DNA of 64,000 bases from a virus (Duplodnaviria > Caudoviricetes): IMG/VR virus record IMGVR_UViG_3300028410_000746; one strand, given 5' to 3'. How positions within the stretch are numbered: position 1 is the first letter of the stretch; each line of letters starts with the position of its first letter. The notes beneath the pieces are model-generated. The model was not told where the DNA came from. It did not search any database and saw only the letters and a program-made list of their open reading frames with translations. Both the position numbers and the translations under genes were made by a program. Positions 47,103 through 56,625 of the stretch are shown one piece after another.

Positions 47103-47495
47103 ATGTCCAACCAACGTAAGATTGCCCAGCGCGTCGCCCGCCTCGCCGGAGCCCCCCAGGTCCGAACCGCATCCATGGATGCCATCATGGATGGCATCAA
47201 GATCGTGCGTCAAGGGCGTGATCGAACCCAGAAGGAGCTGAACAAGCTCTCCGAGAAGGTCCGCCGAGAGATGGAGAAGCTTGGCTTCGAGGTCAAGTCG
47301 GTCGCCATCTTCCCGTATAATTCGGGGAGCGATGGTATCCACATCGAAGGGGAGGTGAAGTTCGACTTCGGGCGTGATCAGGAGTTCATGGAGCGTCACG
47401 TCCTCAAAGACCTCCTCTACGACCACATCGGCTCAATGAGCGTGGACATGAACCGCAGCGGAAGCGGTTACGTCCTCACCCTCGACTCGAAGTGA
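47103..47495 (+). CDS. Possible virion/head-associated protein
   Basis: MSNQRKIAQRVA N-terminus shared with the 43372 protein. Confidence 0.5.
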   Translation: MSNQRKIAQRVARLAGAPQVRTASMDAIMDGIKIVRQGRDRTQKELNKLSEKVRREMEKLGFEVKSVAIFPYNSGSDGIHIEGEVKFDFGRDQEFMERHVLKDLLYDHIGSMSVDMNRSGSGYVLTLDSK

Positions 47496-47857
47496 GAGCT
47501 TCTGACACAGGGGGCACGAGGTCGAGCACTCCTTACCGGGCTGATGATGCGTCAACGCAGGCTTGAGTTCTTTGCGTGGGGTGACCCACAGTTCGAGGTC
47601 GATGCTGTTCTCGGACCAGGGCCTCGCATCCAGTATGCGTACCCTCCCGAACGCATACTGCTCCTCCCATAGATCACCCGACAGCCAATGTCCCCACCAT
47701 CCGATAGTTGGCCCCGCAGGTCGTGACCACAGGGCGGCCTATGTCGCGTGCCGTGATGAACACCATCAATGGCAGCGCCACGAAGACGAGGAGACCGGCC
47801 ACCAGCTTTTCTATTCGATCGCTTCCGTTCATACCACTCTCCTTGAGTGTTGGTGCC

Positions 47858-48214
47858 TCAACCCAGGCTGAATCCCAGCTCTTGGGCCTTGGCGTGTTTT
47901 TCTACGTTGGCAGCGAAGGAGCGCAAGAAGACAACCTCTCCGTTAAGGCGGAGCTGGTACCGATGGTAACCTCCCGCCCCATACAGGACCGCGACCACCT
48001 CATGTTCCATTTCAGGAGGCATCTCATCCTCCTCCCGGAGGAGCGTCTTCCAGGTGCTCGCGACGTCTCGTAACGTCGCTACCTGCATGGTCTCAGGGAT
48101 AGAGTGGTCGTCAAGGGCCTCCTGGAACCCCAAAGACTGGAGAGACCGCCAACGCGGCCCCTCCAGCTCTTCGAGCTTGTCCAGGAGTTTTGGGTCGTCG
48201 ATAAAGACGCTCAT
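47858..48214 (-). CDS. Hypothetical protein
   Basis: ATG at 48214. Confidence 0.6.
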   Translation of the reverse strand: MSVFIDDPKLLDKLEELEGPRWRSLQSLGFQEALDDHSIPETMQVATLRDVASTWKTLLREEDEMPPEMEHEVVAVLYGAGGYHRYQLRLNGEVVFLRSFAANVEKHAKAQELGFSLG

Positions 48215-48254
48215 CAAGGCTCCGTGGGGGCCCCCGTCAAGGGGCCCGGTGAGG

Positions 48255-48869
48255 TCAGCGGGCGGGGACCGTGAAGACCCCCTGAGGTCCGAGGCCCAGC
48301 GTTCCGGGGTAGGCCGCCTGGATGGCCTCCCACGCCGCCCTCTTCTCGGTCTTCGGGACGCTCCAGCGCTTGGAGTCGCCATCGAACTTGCGGCCCTTCA
48401 CCTTGCGAATGGCGTCTACGAATCCCTCATCGTAGGTCGTGTCGAGGAAGAGACGGTCGCCCTCGACCTCGATTCGGACGTCGGCCAGCTTGCTACCGAC
48501 CTTGGTGGCCAGCACCGTGTAGCCCATCTGGGTGAGGGCCTTGAGGCACACGATGGCGTCGTCCTGGTGGGTCTTGGCCTTGCGCCACACGGCGAGCGCA
48601 ATGTTGAGGGCCTTGGCTGCCGACCTGGAGTCGTTGTCCAGGACCGCCTTCATCGTGCGGTCTGCGAGGCCGTCGACCGTGAGGTCCTGGAGGGTCTTGG
48701 ACACCTCCTTCGCGGTGCGGTCGTCGATGTCGTGGGCATCCTCGTACCCGTACTTGCCCCTGCAAATCGGGCCGATGCCGAACTCGATCGAGGTGGGGTC
48801 CGTGAGGGCCCGGCCGCAGCACGAGCAGTGTGTGGGTATGACGTTGTAGATGCGGTAGTCAATGGCCAT
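48255..48869 (-). CDS. DUF6011-like zinc finger plus C-terminal HARP-like domain protein
   Basis: CSCCGRALTDPTSIEFGIGPIC; YDEGFVDAIRKVKGRKFDGDSKRWSVP. Confidence 0.7.
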   Translation of the reverse strand: MAIDYRIYNVIPTHCSCCGRALTDPTSIEFGIGPICRGKYGYEDAHDIDDRTAKEVSKTLQDLTVDGLADRTMKAVLDNDSRSAAKALNIALAVWRKAKTHQDDAIVCLKALTQMGYTVLATKVGSKLADVRIEVEGDRLFLDTTYDEGFVDAIRKVKGRKFDGDSKRWSVPKTEKRAAWEAIQAAYPGTLGLGPQGVFTVPAR

Positions 48870-48933
48870 GGTATTCTCTCCCGTCGTGTTGCGCCGTTGG
48901 GGCGCGGTGTGTCTCGCTTCGTCTTACACACTC

Positions 48934-48962
48934 TATATACCACAAGGGTGGGGGACCGTAAA
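48934..48962 (-). promoter_or_regulatory. Repeated phage promoter P8
   Basis: TTTACG-N17-TATATA with CTTGTGG. Confidence 0.8.
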
Positions 48963-49169
48963 AACAAATGCACAAATCCCCCATACGATTGGCGTCGCAT
49001 GGGGGATTCCGGCTAGCCGGACGTGCGCCGTGTGGATTGCAGGATACTACGGCTCTTCCTGGCAAGATCACCCGACCCCGTGAGGGGAGGAAGGTTTCCG
49101 GCATACTAATACCGAATTCGGTCTCTTGCTGCGGGCGATACTGGCGCCTCCACCCGCTGGGCTGCTATC

Positions 49170-49639
49170 TCAAATCGAATAGGTGTAGCTCTCGCTGTCC
49201 CATGTGGTGTTAAAGCTGACGACCATTGGGGAGTCTCTTTTGGTACATCCCCAGGGGAGGATCTCCCAACCGTTACCCGAGTAGCCTCCATATCCTCGAA
49301 AATCATGGTCTATGATGTACCCCGCTCTCGTTGGGTCCTGGAGGATGGCCCACGCACATCCGGCGCGAAACCACGCACCGGGTGTGAGGGTCTCACCCTT
49401 GCGGGTGGGATGTGTACCTTCGGCACACATCCATGTCACGAGGTCACCCAAGGCCACGCTCTTGTGTGTGTGTACCCCTCCAGACTCTCTACTACATAGG
49501 CCACCATGTGGTCCCACTCGTCGGTTGGCCGTTTATATTCGGCCAACAGCCAGACCACTCGTGAAATGTTCTCCGGCACGCTACGAGTGTCCTGGAGCGC
49601 CTGTCGTAGCGCGCCCCATACGAGCTTCATGTCTTCCAT
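49170..49639 (-). pseudogene. Gene split at a (GT)5 microsatellite
   Basis: TGATG-coupled start at 49639; removing one dinucleotide at 49464-49473 joins both track ORFs into 156 codons. Confidence 0.55.
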
Positions 49640-50031
49640 CAGGAAGCCTGCTGTGTGGTCTTGGAGGGGGTGTAGGACTTCTGGAGGACCTTCCACAGCT
49701 CCCGGCCCCTCTCCAGGGTCACGATGGTGGAGCCGCGCACTTGACCTCGCGTGTCGAACTTGCGCATCTGCACCAGCTCACCACGCGCCTCGAACTCGAC
49801 GCGGGGGTACTGCACGTTCACGCCGAGCTTGGCCTTGAACGTGTGGACCGTTCCGCCCTCCGAGTTGAGGTACCCCTCACGTGCGTTCAGCCTCTCCCGC
49901 TGCGCCCTGAGGATTTCCCGGCTCTCGTCGAGGGCCTTGTCCACTTCGGGAACCTTCTCCACCGCGTTCGCAATGGCGGCGCCGATTCCGATCATCATCC
50001 CTACGTCCTTGCTCCAGCTCTTCGTATCCAT
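49639..50031 (-). CDS. Hypothetical protein
   Basis: GGGAG-ATG after P9. Confidence 0.65.
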   Translation of the reverse strand: MDTKSWSKDVGMMIGIGAAIANAVEKVPEVDKALDESREILRAQRERLNAREGYLNSEGGTVHTFKAKLGVNVQYPRVEFEARGELVQMRKFDTRGQVRGSTIVTLERGRELWKVLQKSYTPSKTTQQAS

Positions 50032-50073
50032 CTTATGCTCCCTTGTCGTGGTGTGTCGTTCTATCTTACCTCC

Positions 50074-50102
50074 TATATACCACAAGGACGTGAGGTCGTA
50101 AA
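50074..50102 (-). promoter_or_regulatory. Repeated phage promoter P9
   Basis: TTTACG-N17-TATATA with CTTGTGG. Confidence 0.8.
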
Positions 50103-50110
50103 AAGAATCT

Positions 50111-50386
50111 TCAAAGGAGGCGTGCGCGAAGCTCCTCAAGACAGAAGAGACGTCTTTGGGTCACCACTTCGGTCTGCGTAGCGTAGAAGGCCTTCTCCTG
50201 GGGCGGCACCTTGAGTACCAGCCGGGACGCGAACGCGTCGTCTGTGTAGCCTTGGGCGTCGAAGCGGATACCGCTGGAGTTGAACGTACCGTCTTCGCGT
50301 TGAGTGACGACGCGAAAGCATCCTGCGCCGTCGGCGTAGGTGGCTCCGTCTTCGAGCCGGAAGGATTCATCAGGGTAGAACTGCAT
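50111..50386 (-). CDS. Hypothetical protein
   Basis: GGAG-ATG. Confidence 0.55.
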   Translation of the reverse strand: MQFYPDESFRLEDGATYADGAGCFRVVTQREDGTFNSSGIRFDAQGYTDDAFASRLVLKVPPQEKAFYATQTEVVTQRRLFCLEELRARLL

Positions 50387-50586
50387 GGGGGTTACTCCGT
50401 AGAGGCTCTTGAGCGGAGAAGGTAAAGCGCTCTCACGGCCTCTTCATGGGTAGGGTAAGAAACAGGGTCTACGGACGATCCAACATATGTGCGAACCTTC
50501 GGCTGCGTGGCAGTTGCAAGGGTAGCATTGAATCCACCCGGACGGGTGGTAGGCCTCGTCCATCGTGACGTCGTAGTGAGGCGCGT

Positions 50587-51091
50587 CTACGCCCCCGTTA
50601 AGGTCCTGGGTCCTCGGTGGGAAACCGGCGAGCTACCAAGGTCCCACATGGCCACGAGCCCTTCCAGAAGGCTTGCGCTTTTACCGGCTGTGTGTTGGAG
50701 GATGCCCTCTGGTTCAATCACAGGTACCACGCGGATAGAATGCACATGCGTGCCCAGGAGATCGGTGAGCTTGTCGTGAGTCTCCTCCACTCGGTTGATG
50801 TCCCTCACCACGCAGTTGAGACGGCCCTCCTGGCCGCTCACAAAGAGGACACCTCGGAACAGTTTGGGATACGTGACGTAGAACATTTCCATATAGCGCA
50901 CGCAAGCGTTACGCGAGTCGAACGCGATGAACGTATGTGCTCGGAGATGCTCGGAGATGCTCGTCAGCGCCGGGATACACAGCCTGGAGGACCTTGTAGG
51001 CTGGGATGTTGCGTTGGGCGGGCGGCTGAAGTATTCCATGCTCCAAGGGCTTGTGGTCCACATATGCGATTTGGTGGAAGATGTTTGACAT
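50587..51091 (-). pseudogene. Gene split by a 10-nt tandem duplication
   Basis: GCTCGGAGAT x2 at 50939-50958; removing one copy gives a 165-codon ORF (…DEHLRAHTFIAFD…). Confidence 0.65.
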
Positions 51092-51122
51092 GTAAACGCT
51101 CCTACTCAAGAAAGGGTGTGGG

Positions 51123-51341
51123 TTACTTGGAGCGGTACGTGATGCGGCCCCTCGTGAGGTCGTACGGAGACAGCTCGACGGTCACCATATCCCCTGGGAG
51201 GATCTTGATGTTGAACTTGCGGATCTTCCCGGACACGTGGCCGATCACCGTATGCCCGTTCTCGATCTCAATGGAGAACTTCGCGTTCCCCAGGGCCTCG
51301 ATCACCTTGCCCTCTACCTCTACTGCCTCTTCTTTGGCCAT
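51123..51341 (-). CDS. infA: Translation initiation factor IF-1
   Basis: [22 protein letters not shown]...[37 protein letters not shown]. Confidence 0.98.
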   Translation of the reverse strand: MAKEEAVEVEGKVIEALGNAKFSIEIENGHTVIGHVSGKIRKFNIKILPGDMVTVELSPYDLTRGRITYRSK

Positions 51342-51463
51342 GACGCTACGCTCCTCAGTTGGTCGCCGTGAGGAAGTCTCACGGCGGATTGAGAGGGAAC
51401 TTAGCACAAGAGGTTAGAGGTCGTCAAGAGGTCGGTTAATCTATTGTTCGGGCCTGTGGGTGG

Positions 51464-52189
51464 TCACGGGCAAGGTACCGGGACGTAGTGAAGGTCAGGC
51501 CAAGTCTTTGCGAGGTGAGGCAAGGCCGACGTGGGAAGCCGCTTGATGGCGAGCATATAGTCCCCCACCTCGGAGACGGATTCAGCGCTGTACGTCGAAG
51601 CCCATTTGAGAACGTCCCCCAAGAGTCGTGAGTCGCATTGCAAAAGCACATCACAATGTGTGATCTCTCCCGAGAGCAGGACGTCCGCGTCTGCTACGCC
51701 CTCCCACAGGTGGGTCTCATCACCGACCTCTCCCCACACCAGATCAACCTCCCAGTCCGGCCAGAAGCGGTTGGTCCAGCCGCGTACAGCGCGCACGACC
51801 TCATCGGGGTCGACGGGATCAGGCCACCTCACGAGCGGGTTGCTGAAGGGGTCCTCGACGTGGCTGAATTGGACCCCGCTGTCCAGCTCCTCCTCTCCGA
51901 AGTCCCTGGCGATCTCCTCCTGGGAGCGTACGAACTCGTCGGTGATCAGGCTCATCAGGTAGACCTGCCTGGACCCGTAGCGCGTGGAGACCTCGACCTG
52001 CACGTCGCAGTAGTGGCGCTCCCCCATGCTGGCGTCCTCACTCCACACGAGGACTCGGCTTGGGCCTGGAGACTTCAGCCACCGCTCCATGCCGGTAGCG
52101 AGCACACAGGGCTCATCTCCAGCCCATTTGCGCCACGTGTGCATCGCCCGAAAGGGCACCCTCTTCAATTCACCCATCTCACCCGCCAA
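51464..52189 (-). CDS. Hypothetical protein
   Basis: 241-aa ORF; start 52189 or 52177. Confidence 0.65.
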   Translation of the reverse strand: MAGEMGELKRVPFRAMHTWRKWAGDEPCVLATGMERWLKSPGPSRVLVWSEDASMGERHYCDVQVEVSTRYGSRQVYLMSLITDEFVRSQEEIARDFGEEELDSGVQFSHVEDPFSNPLVRWPDPVDPDEVVRAVRGWTNRFWPDWEVDLVWGEVGDETHLWEGVADADVLLSGEITHCDVLLQCDSRLLGDVLKWASTYSAESVSEVGDYMLAIKRLPTSALPHLAKTWPDLHYVPVPCP

Positions 52190-52287
52190 CGCTCAAGATC
52201 ACAGGAGGTCCGAGCCGCCTACTTATGATGGTGTGAGTATCAATACCGTATTGACCAGAACCCTCTACCCTCCCCCTGGAGCCTACC

Positions 52288-53190
52288 GTGATTTTGCAAG
52301 ATGTGACCGTTGATCCGACCCCTGGAAAGAGCCTGCGCACCCTGGAGGTCGATTCGAGGATGATCCTTCAGCTCTTTGACACGGGAAAGGTCGCCATCCC
52401 CGAGGAGCTTCCGGAGGGCCTGGAGCTTTGGCCCAACCAGCCGGTGGTCTTGCGCAGCGGCCAGACGTCGGCTGTTGGTCTGGTGGATTCAAGAGGTCAA
52501 AACATCATCCGGGTCAACGAAGAGCTGGAGTTCTTCGGCATCCGGGGGCGAAACAAGGAGCAGCAGGGACTGCTTCACCTCCTGCGTAGCCAGGGCGTAC
52601 GCGTCATGGTGATCACGGGCCCGGCCGGAACGGGCAAGAGCCTCCTGGTCAGCGCGTGGGCGCTTCACATGCTCTTGAACGAAAAGAAGTGGAGCAAGCT
52701 CATGCTCTCCAAGCCGTTGGAGATCACCACGGGCACGAGGTACTGGGGGACGGTCCCAGGCGACGCAGACGACAAGTTCGCCCCCTTCCTGCGCTCGTAC
52801 ATGATGACCTTCGAGAGCCTTGTGGGAGAGAAGGGCATGGAGTACATCCACACGGCCCGTGACAAGGGTGCGATTGAGTTCTTCCCCCTGGAGCTTATGC
52901 GTGGCGTGTCCATCCGTAAGGCGCTCGTATGGTACGATGAGGTCCAGAACCTGAACGCCCATGAGATGCAGACGCTGGGATCACGTATCGACGACGTGGG
53001 CGGGACCAACCTCATCATCTCCGGCGACATCAAGCAGCGAGACAAGGACATCGACATCCGACAGACCGGCTTGAGCAAGATGGTCAGCTCCAAGGCCTTC
53101 CTGAAGTCGCCATTGACTGCACACGTCCACCTCTCTCGAATCGAGCGCGGCGCGGTTGCGCAGCTCTTCCACGACGTCTTCGACCGCTGA
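52288..53190 (+). CDS. phoH: PhoH-family ATPase
   Basis: GPAGTGKS; LMRGVSI; DEVQNL; ISGDIKQRD; RIERGAVA. Confidence 0.93.
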   Translation: MILQDVTVDPTPGKSLRTLEVDSRMILQLFDTGKVAIPEELPEGLELWPNQPVVLRSGQTSAVGLVDSRGQNIIRVNEELEFFGIRGRNKEQQGLLHLLRSQGVRVMVITGPAGTGKSLLVSAWALHMLLNEKKWSKLMLSKPLEITTGTRYWGTVPGDADDKFAPFLRSYMMTFESLVGEKGMEYIHTARDKGAIEFFPLELMRGVSIRKALVWYDEVQNLNAHEMQTLGSRIDDVGGTNLIISGDIKQRDKDIDIRQTGLSKMVSSKAFLKSPLTAHVHLSRIERGAVAQLFHDVFDR

Positions 53191-53206
53191 ATCCTCCCAA
53201 TACGAG

Positions 53207-53244
53207 AGAGGCCCCCGATGAGTCAAATCTCATCGGGGGCCTCT
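53207..53244. terminator. Bidirectional terminator (same family as 44435)
   Basis: AGAGGCCCCCGATGAG-TCAAAT-CTCATCGGGGGCCTCT. Confidence 0.8.
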
Positions 53245-53261
53245 TTGCTTCGGGTCGAGCG

Positions 53262-54980
53262 TCAGTTGACTTGATTGAGGTCGGTTCCTGCCAGGAGCGA
53301 AGCCATGCGGTCGCGGTTCTCGGCCGGCACGAAGTCGCCTTCCAGCTCCACGATGCGAGCCGAAGACGCGTACTTCGCGCGGACACCCTCACGACGAACC
53401 GGATCGTAGCCGACCCATCCGAGGATGGTGCGGATCTCCTCTTCCATCGTCTGAATGAGCGGCGGCTTGGTCCGCACCACCTCCTCCAGGATCTCGGTCG
53501 TGAGCACCTTCTCCTCGGTCATGTAGGCCTTGCGCATGCCGTCACACACCACCTGCTCAATCTCACGGCCCGTCAGGTTGGACGAGGACGCAGCCAGGAG
53601 GTTCGTATCCACCGCATCCTTCTTGCCCATGCCATCCCTCCAGTATTTGGAGAGCTGGATGTCGAAGCAGATCTTGCGCGCCTCGACGTCCGGGAGCCCG
53701 ACGAAATACTTCTCCTCGAAGCGAGAGACCAGCTCGGGCGGAAGAGACGTGATGCCGTTGGCGGTCGCGATGACGAAGATGTCCTCAGCGTGGTCCTGGA
53801 ACCAGCTCAGGAACGTACCGATGACGCGCGCCGTCGTGCCCGAGTCCGAGAACGACGAGGACTGACTCCCCGCGAGACCCTTCTCAATCTCATCCACGAA
53901 GACCACGGCAGGGGCCACCGCTTCGATGTCCTGAAGCGCGCGCCTCATGTTGGCCTCGGAGTCACCCACGCGCGCCGAGAAGAGCGCCGACGGGTCGAAA
54001 CGTACGAACGAGACGCCCATCTCCTTGGCCAGCGCCTTGGCCATCAGGGACTTGCCGCAGCCGGGGACGCCGATCATCAGGAGGCCACGGGAGTTGGGGA
54101 CTCCCCACGCACGCCCCTCCGGGGTCCACGCCTCGCGCACTTCCATCAGGCGACCCTTGAGCGCGTCCAGACCGGCTACGTCGTCAAACGTGAGCATCGG
54201 GTCGACCAGCTCCAGCAGGTCGGACTTCTCGATGATGGCCCGCCTCTCTTGAACCATGCTGTCGAGGGTGACCTTGTAGTCCGGGGAGGAGATCGTCAGC
54301 CGCGTGACGATCTCACGCACTTGGTGTAGCGTCAGACCCCGACACGCCTTCACGAAGTCTTCGCCCACCTCTTCCTCGGCGTCTCGGCCGGCCGGGAGCG
54401 TGTAGTCCGGCATGTAGGCCTGGAAGTGACTCTCCAGGCTCGTCAGGTAGCTCTTGAGGTGGGGGTCGCTCGGGTTGCCGTAGTCCAACACCGAGACGTA
54501 CGGCTCCAGCTTGGGAGGGAGCTTACCCGTGGGACTCACCAGGATCAGCATGCGCCTCATGCTCGTGTTGCGGCCCGAAGAGCACGCGATGTTGAGGATG
54601 CGCCGCTGCACCTGCGCATCGTTGAGGTACACGTCCGCGTCCAGCATCAGGTAGAAGAGGTCCGCGCCCTTGTTACCCTGGCGCGTCTCATACACCGTCT
54701 GTAGCATTTGCAGCGGGTTGCGCGATGCGGCATCGTCCACCGTGCTCGCGAGCGTGTTCATCTCGTCGAGGTAGCCTCCGGCCGCGCGCGTGCCGAACGA
54801 AGGGTTCCAGACCTGTAGCTCATACGGCGGTGAGACGTCCTTACCCTCCCTCTCACGCGCCGCCTCCGCCGCCTTGAGGAACTTGCCATGAAGCTCCTCA
54901 ACCAGCCTCACCTCATCATTGGTCTTAACCATGAGGACGGGTGTGAGTGAGCGGAGATAATCGAGAAGCGGTGCGGCCAT
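53262..54980 (-). CDS. Ycf46-like AAA+ ATPase
   Basis: FDDVAGLDALK; GVPGCGKSLMAK; VFVDEIEK; IATAN...LPPEL..RFEE; degenerate N-terminal AAA domain. Confidence 0.9.
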   Translation of the reverse strand: MAAPLLDYLRSLTPVLMVKTNDEVRLVEELHGKFLKAAEAAREREGKDVSPPYELQVWNPSFGTRAAGGYLDEMNTLASTVDDAASRNPLQMLQTVYETRQGNKGADLFYLMLDADVYLNDAQVQRRILNIACSSGRNTSMRRMLILVSPTGKLPPKLEPYVSVLDYGNPSDPHLKSYLTSLESHFQAYMPDYTLPAGRDAEEEVGEDFVKACRGLTLHQVREIVTRLTISSPDYKVTLDSMVQERRAIIEKSDLLELVDPMLTFDDVAGLDALKGRLMEVREAWTPEGRAWGVPNSRGLLMIGVPGCGKSLMAKALAKEMGVSFVRFDPSALFSARVGDSEANMRRALQDIEAVAPAVVFVDEIEKGLAGSQSSSFSDSGTTARVIGTFLSWFQDHAEDIFVIATANGITSLPPELVSRFEEKYFVGLPDVEARKICFDIQLSKYWRDGMGKKDAVDTNLLAASSSNLTGREIEQVVCDGMRKAYMTEEKVLTTEILEEVVRTKPPLIQTMEEEIRTILGWVGYDPVRREGVRAKYASSARIVELEGDFVPAENRDRMASLLAGTDLNQVN

Positions 54981-55058
54981 GTTCTTACCCTTTGATTGAC
55001 TTCTGTACTGGAAACGAATGGTCAGCGACGATACCGTACTACAGCGGAGCGGTCAACG

Positions 55059-55595
55059 TCAAGTAGTAGACTCAACGGTCTTCCAAGTGTCCATCGGATG
55101 CTGGATGAAGTACACCCGGTTGATGGGGACAGGGGTGTTGATGAGGTCGCCTCGGTCGGGGTCGTGCTCGTAGTCTCCAGCAATCACGCTCTTCTCATCC
55201 TTGGCGAGCGCGACGTCGTTCACCATTCCGCAGCTCGGGCACGTGCACCGGAGCACCTTGTCACCTGCCAGGGAGAAGTTGCTCCAGATCGGGGCCTTAC
55301 CCTCCACCACCTCGCAGGAGGCCGCCGTGAACGTCAGCTCCTTGGGGATGCCCATGTCAATGCCCACCGGGAGGTTGTAGTCCGGGTTGATGAAGTAGAA
55401 GAGCGGCTCCGTACATGAGCTACTACAGCAGCGCTGCACGTAACACGAGTAGGACTCCTGAGAGTACGAAACCGTGCTCTCGTAGTAGGAGAGGGAGGCG
55501 TCCCCCGAATCGAGCCCACGACCCACATACGTGGAGGTCTCCGTATCCTCCGACAACAGGTCATGGTTCTTGAACATCTGGTCAAGTCGTGACAT
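55059..55595 (-). CDS. Cys-rich hypothetical protein
   Basis: CCSSSC and CPSC motifs; AAGGA RBS. Confidence 0.65.
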   Translation of the reverse strand: MSRLDQMFKNHDLLSEDTETSTYVGRGLDSGDASLSYYESTVSYSQESYSCYVQRCCSSSCTEPLFYFINPDYNLPVGIDMGIPKELTFTAASCEVVEGKAPIWSNFSLAGDKVLRCTCPSCGMVNDVALAKDEKSVIAGDYEHDPDRGDLINTPVPINRVYFIQHPMDTWKTVESTT

Positions 55596-55776
55596 GGCTT
55601 CCTTCCTTCAATCTCTCTGTTATTCTAGACCCCGGTGAGGGACTATACCCTAGCCGGCAGGGTAGCGTCAACTCTTTTTGCGACCGGGCAGCTTAAAAGA
55701 CCCCTCAAACGAAGAGAGGAGGCTCAACCCGTCTCCGGGGGGCCTCCTCTCTCACTCGCTCCTGATTCGGAGACGC

Positions 55777-56202
55777 TCAGCCGTACATGGGCTTGGTGCT
55801 GACATACACGATGTCACCCTGGCTCAGCTTGCCGCCGTAGCCCTCGATGTAGGGGATCTCGTCACCCACGGTGTACGAGTTCTCGATGATGTCGCCGTCC
55901 TCGCTGGCGTTCAGGAGGAACGTGTGGTTGGAGTACGCCTGCTTGAGGGGACCCTCGACGAACGCCTTGGCCGAGGTGCAGTCCTCGTCGAAGGAGCACG
56001 ACTCCGCGTTGGTGTCGATGGTGACGCCCGTGTAGCGGAAGCGCTCCACCTCGGCCCCGTCCATCTTGTAGTCGAGCTGGCCGTTGGTGACCTTGAAGTA
56101 GTGGTCCTTGGTGCGCGTGTAGGCGCACTTAAGCTCCTTGAGCGCAGCCTCGACGGCCTCGGGGTTGTTGTACTTGGTCTGGATCGTGATTTTGCGGGAC
56201 AT
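55777..56202 (-). CDS. DUF1257 (Ycf35)-like protein
   Basis: MSRKITIQTKYNNPEAVEAALKEL; position in the AAA module. Confidence 0.6.
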   Translation of the reverse strand: MSRKITIQTKYNNPEAVEAALKELKCAYTRTKDHYFKVTNGQLDYKMDGAEVERFRYTGVTIDTNAESCSFDEDCTSAKAFVEGPLKQAYSNHTFLLNASEDGDIIENSYTVGDEIPYIEGYGGKLSQGDIVYVSTKPMYG

Positions 56203-56334
56203 GTCCTGCTCCTCTATGGATGGATGGATGCACATGCAGCCCGGCTACATGCTCTTGTTCTGTGACTCGCGGTAGACACACCAAGGAGTCAACTATGGTG
56301 CCAGGAGGTTTGCTTCCCTGGCAAGGCGTAGAAC

Positions 56335-56544
56335 TCAGCTATCCGAGCCCTGGACGAACGCGGTATCGTGCACCGGAGCACAGTCGCCGTCAGGGATGTC
56401 CTCGTCAGACGTGATGGTACCCATGCGATTGGCCGCCACGTAGATCTCTCCGCAAAGGTGCTGGCCTCGTGCGACCACCTGCTGAGTGACCTCTCCGTCC
56501 TTGTGAATGACCGTGATGTACTTCATCCCTTGCTTCGTGCTCAT
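56335..56544 (-). CDS. DUF2997-like small protein
   Basis: ITVIHKDGEVTQQV...GQHLC; adjacent to the DUF1257-like gene. Confidence 0.55.
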   Translation of the reverse strand: MSTKQGMKYITVIHKDGEVTQQVVARGQHLCGEIYVAANRMGTITSDEDIPDGDCAPVHDTAFVQGSDS

Positions 56545-56625
56545 AATGTACTCCCGTGATATGTTTTGGCTACAACCCTGCAACCGAGGAAGACCTTACC
56601 GCAACCCAATGCAGAAGGTCAAGAG

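Noticed and set aside
53482-53495. 14-nt match between array-3 spacer 6 (34047-34078) and the AAA ATPase gene (TCCTCCAGGATCTC)
   Set aside because: Only about 16/32 identity, it encodes the common peptide EILE, and the flank is CAC rather than an AWG-type PAM. A match like this is expected by chance over 21 spacers. I found no full self-targeting spacer by eye.
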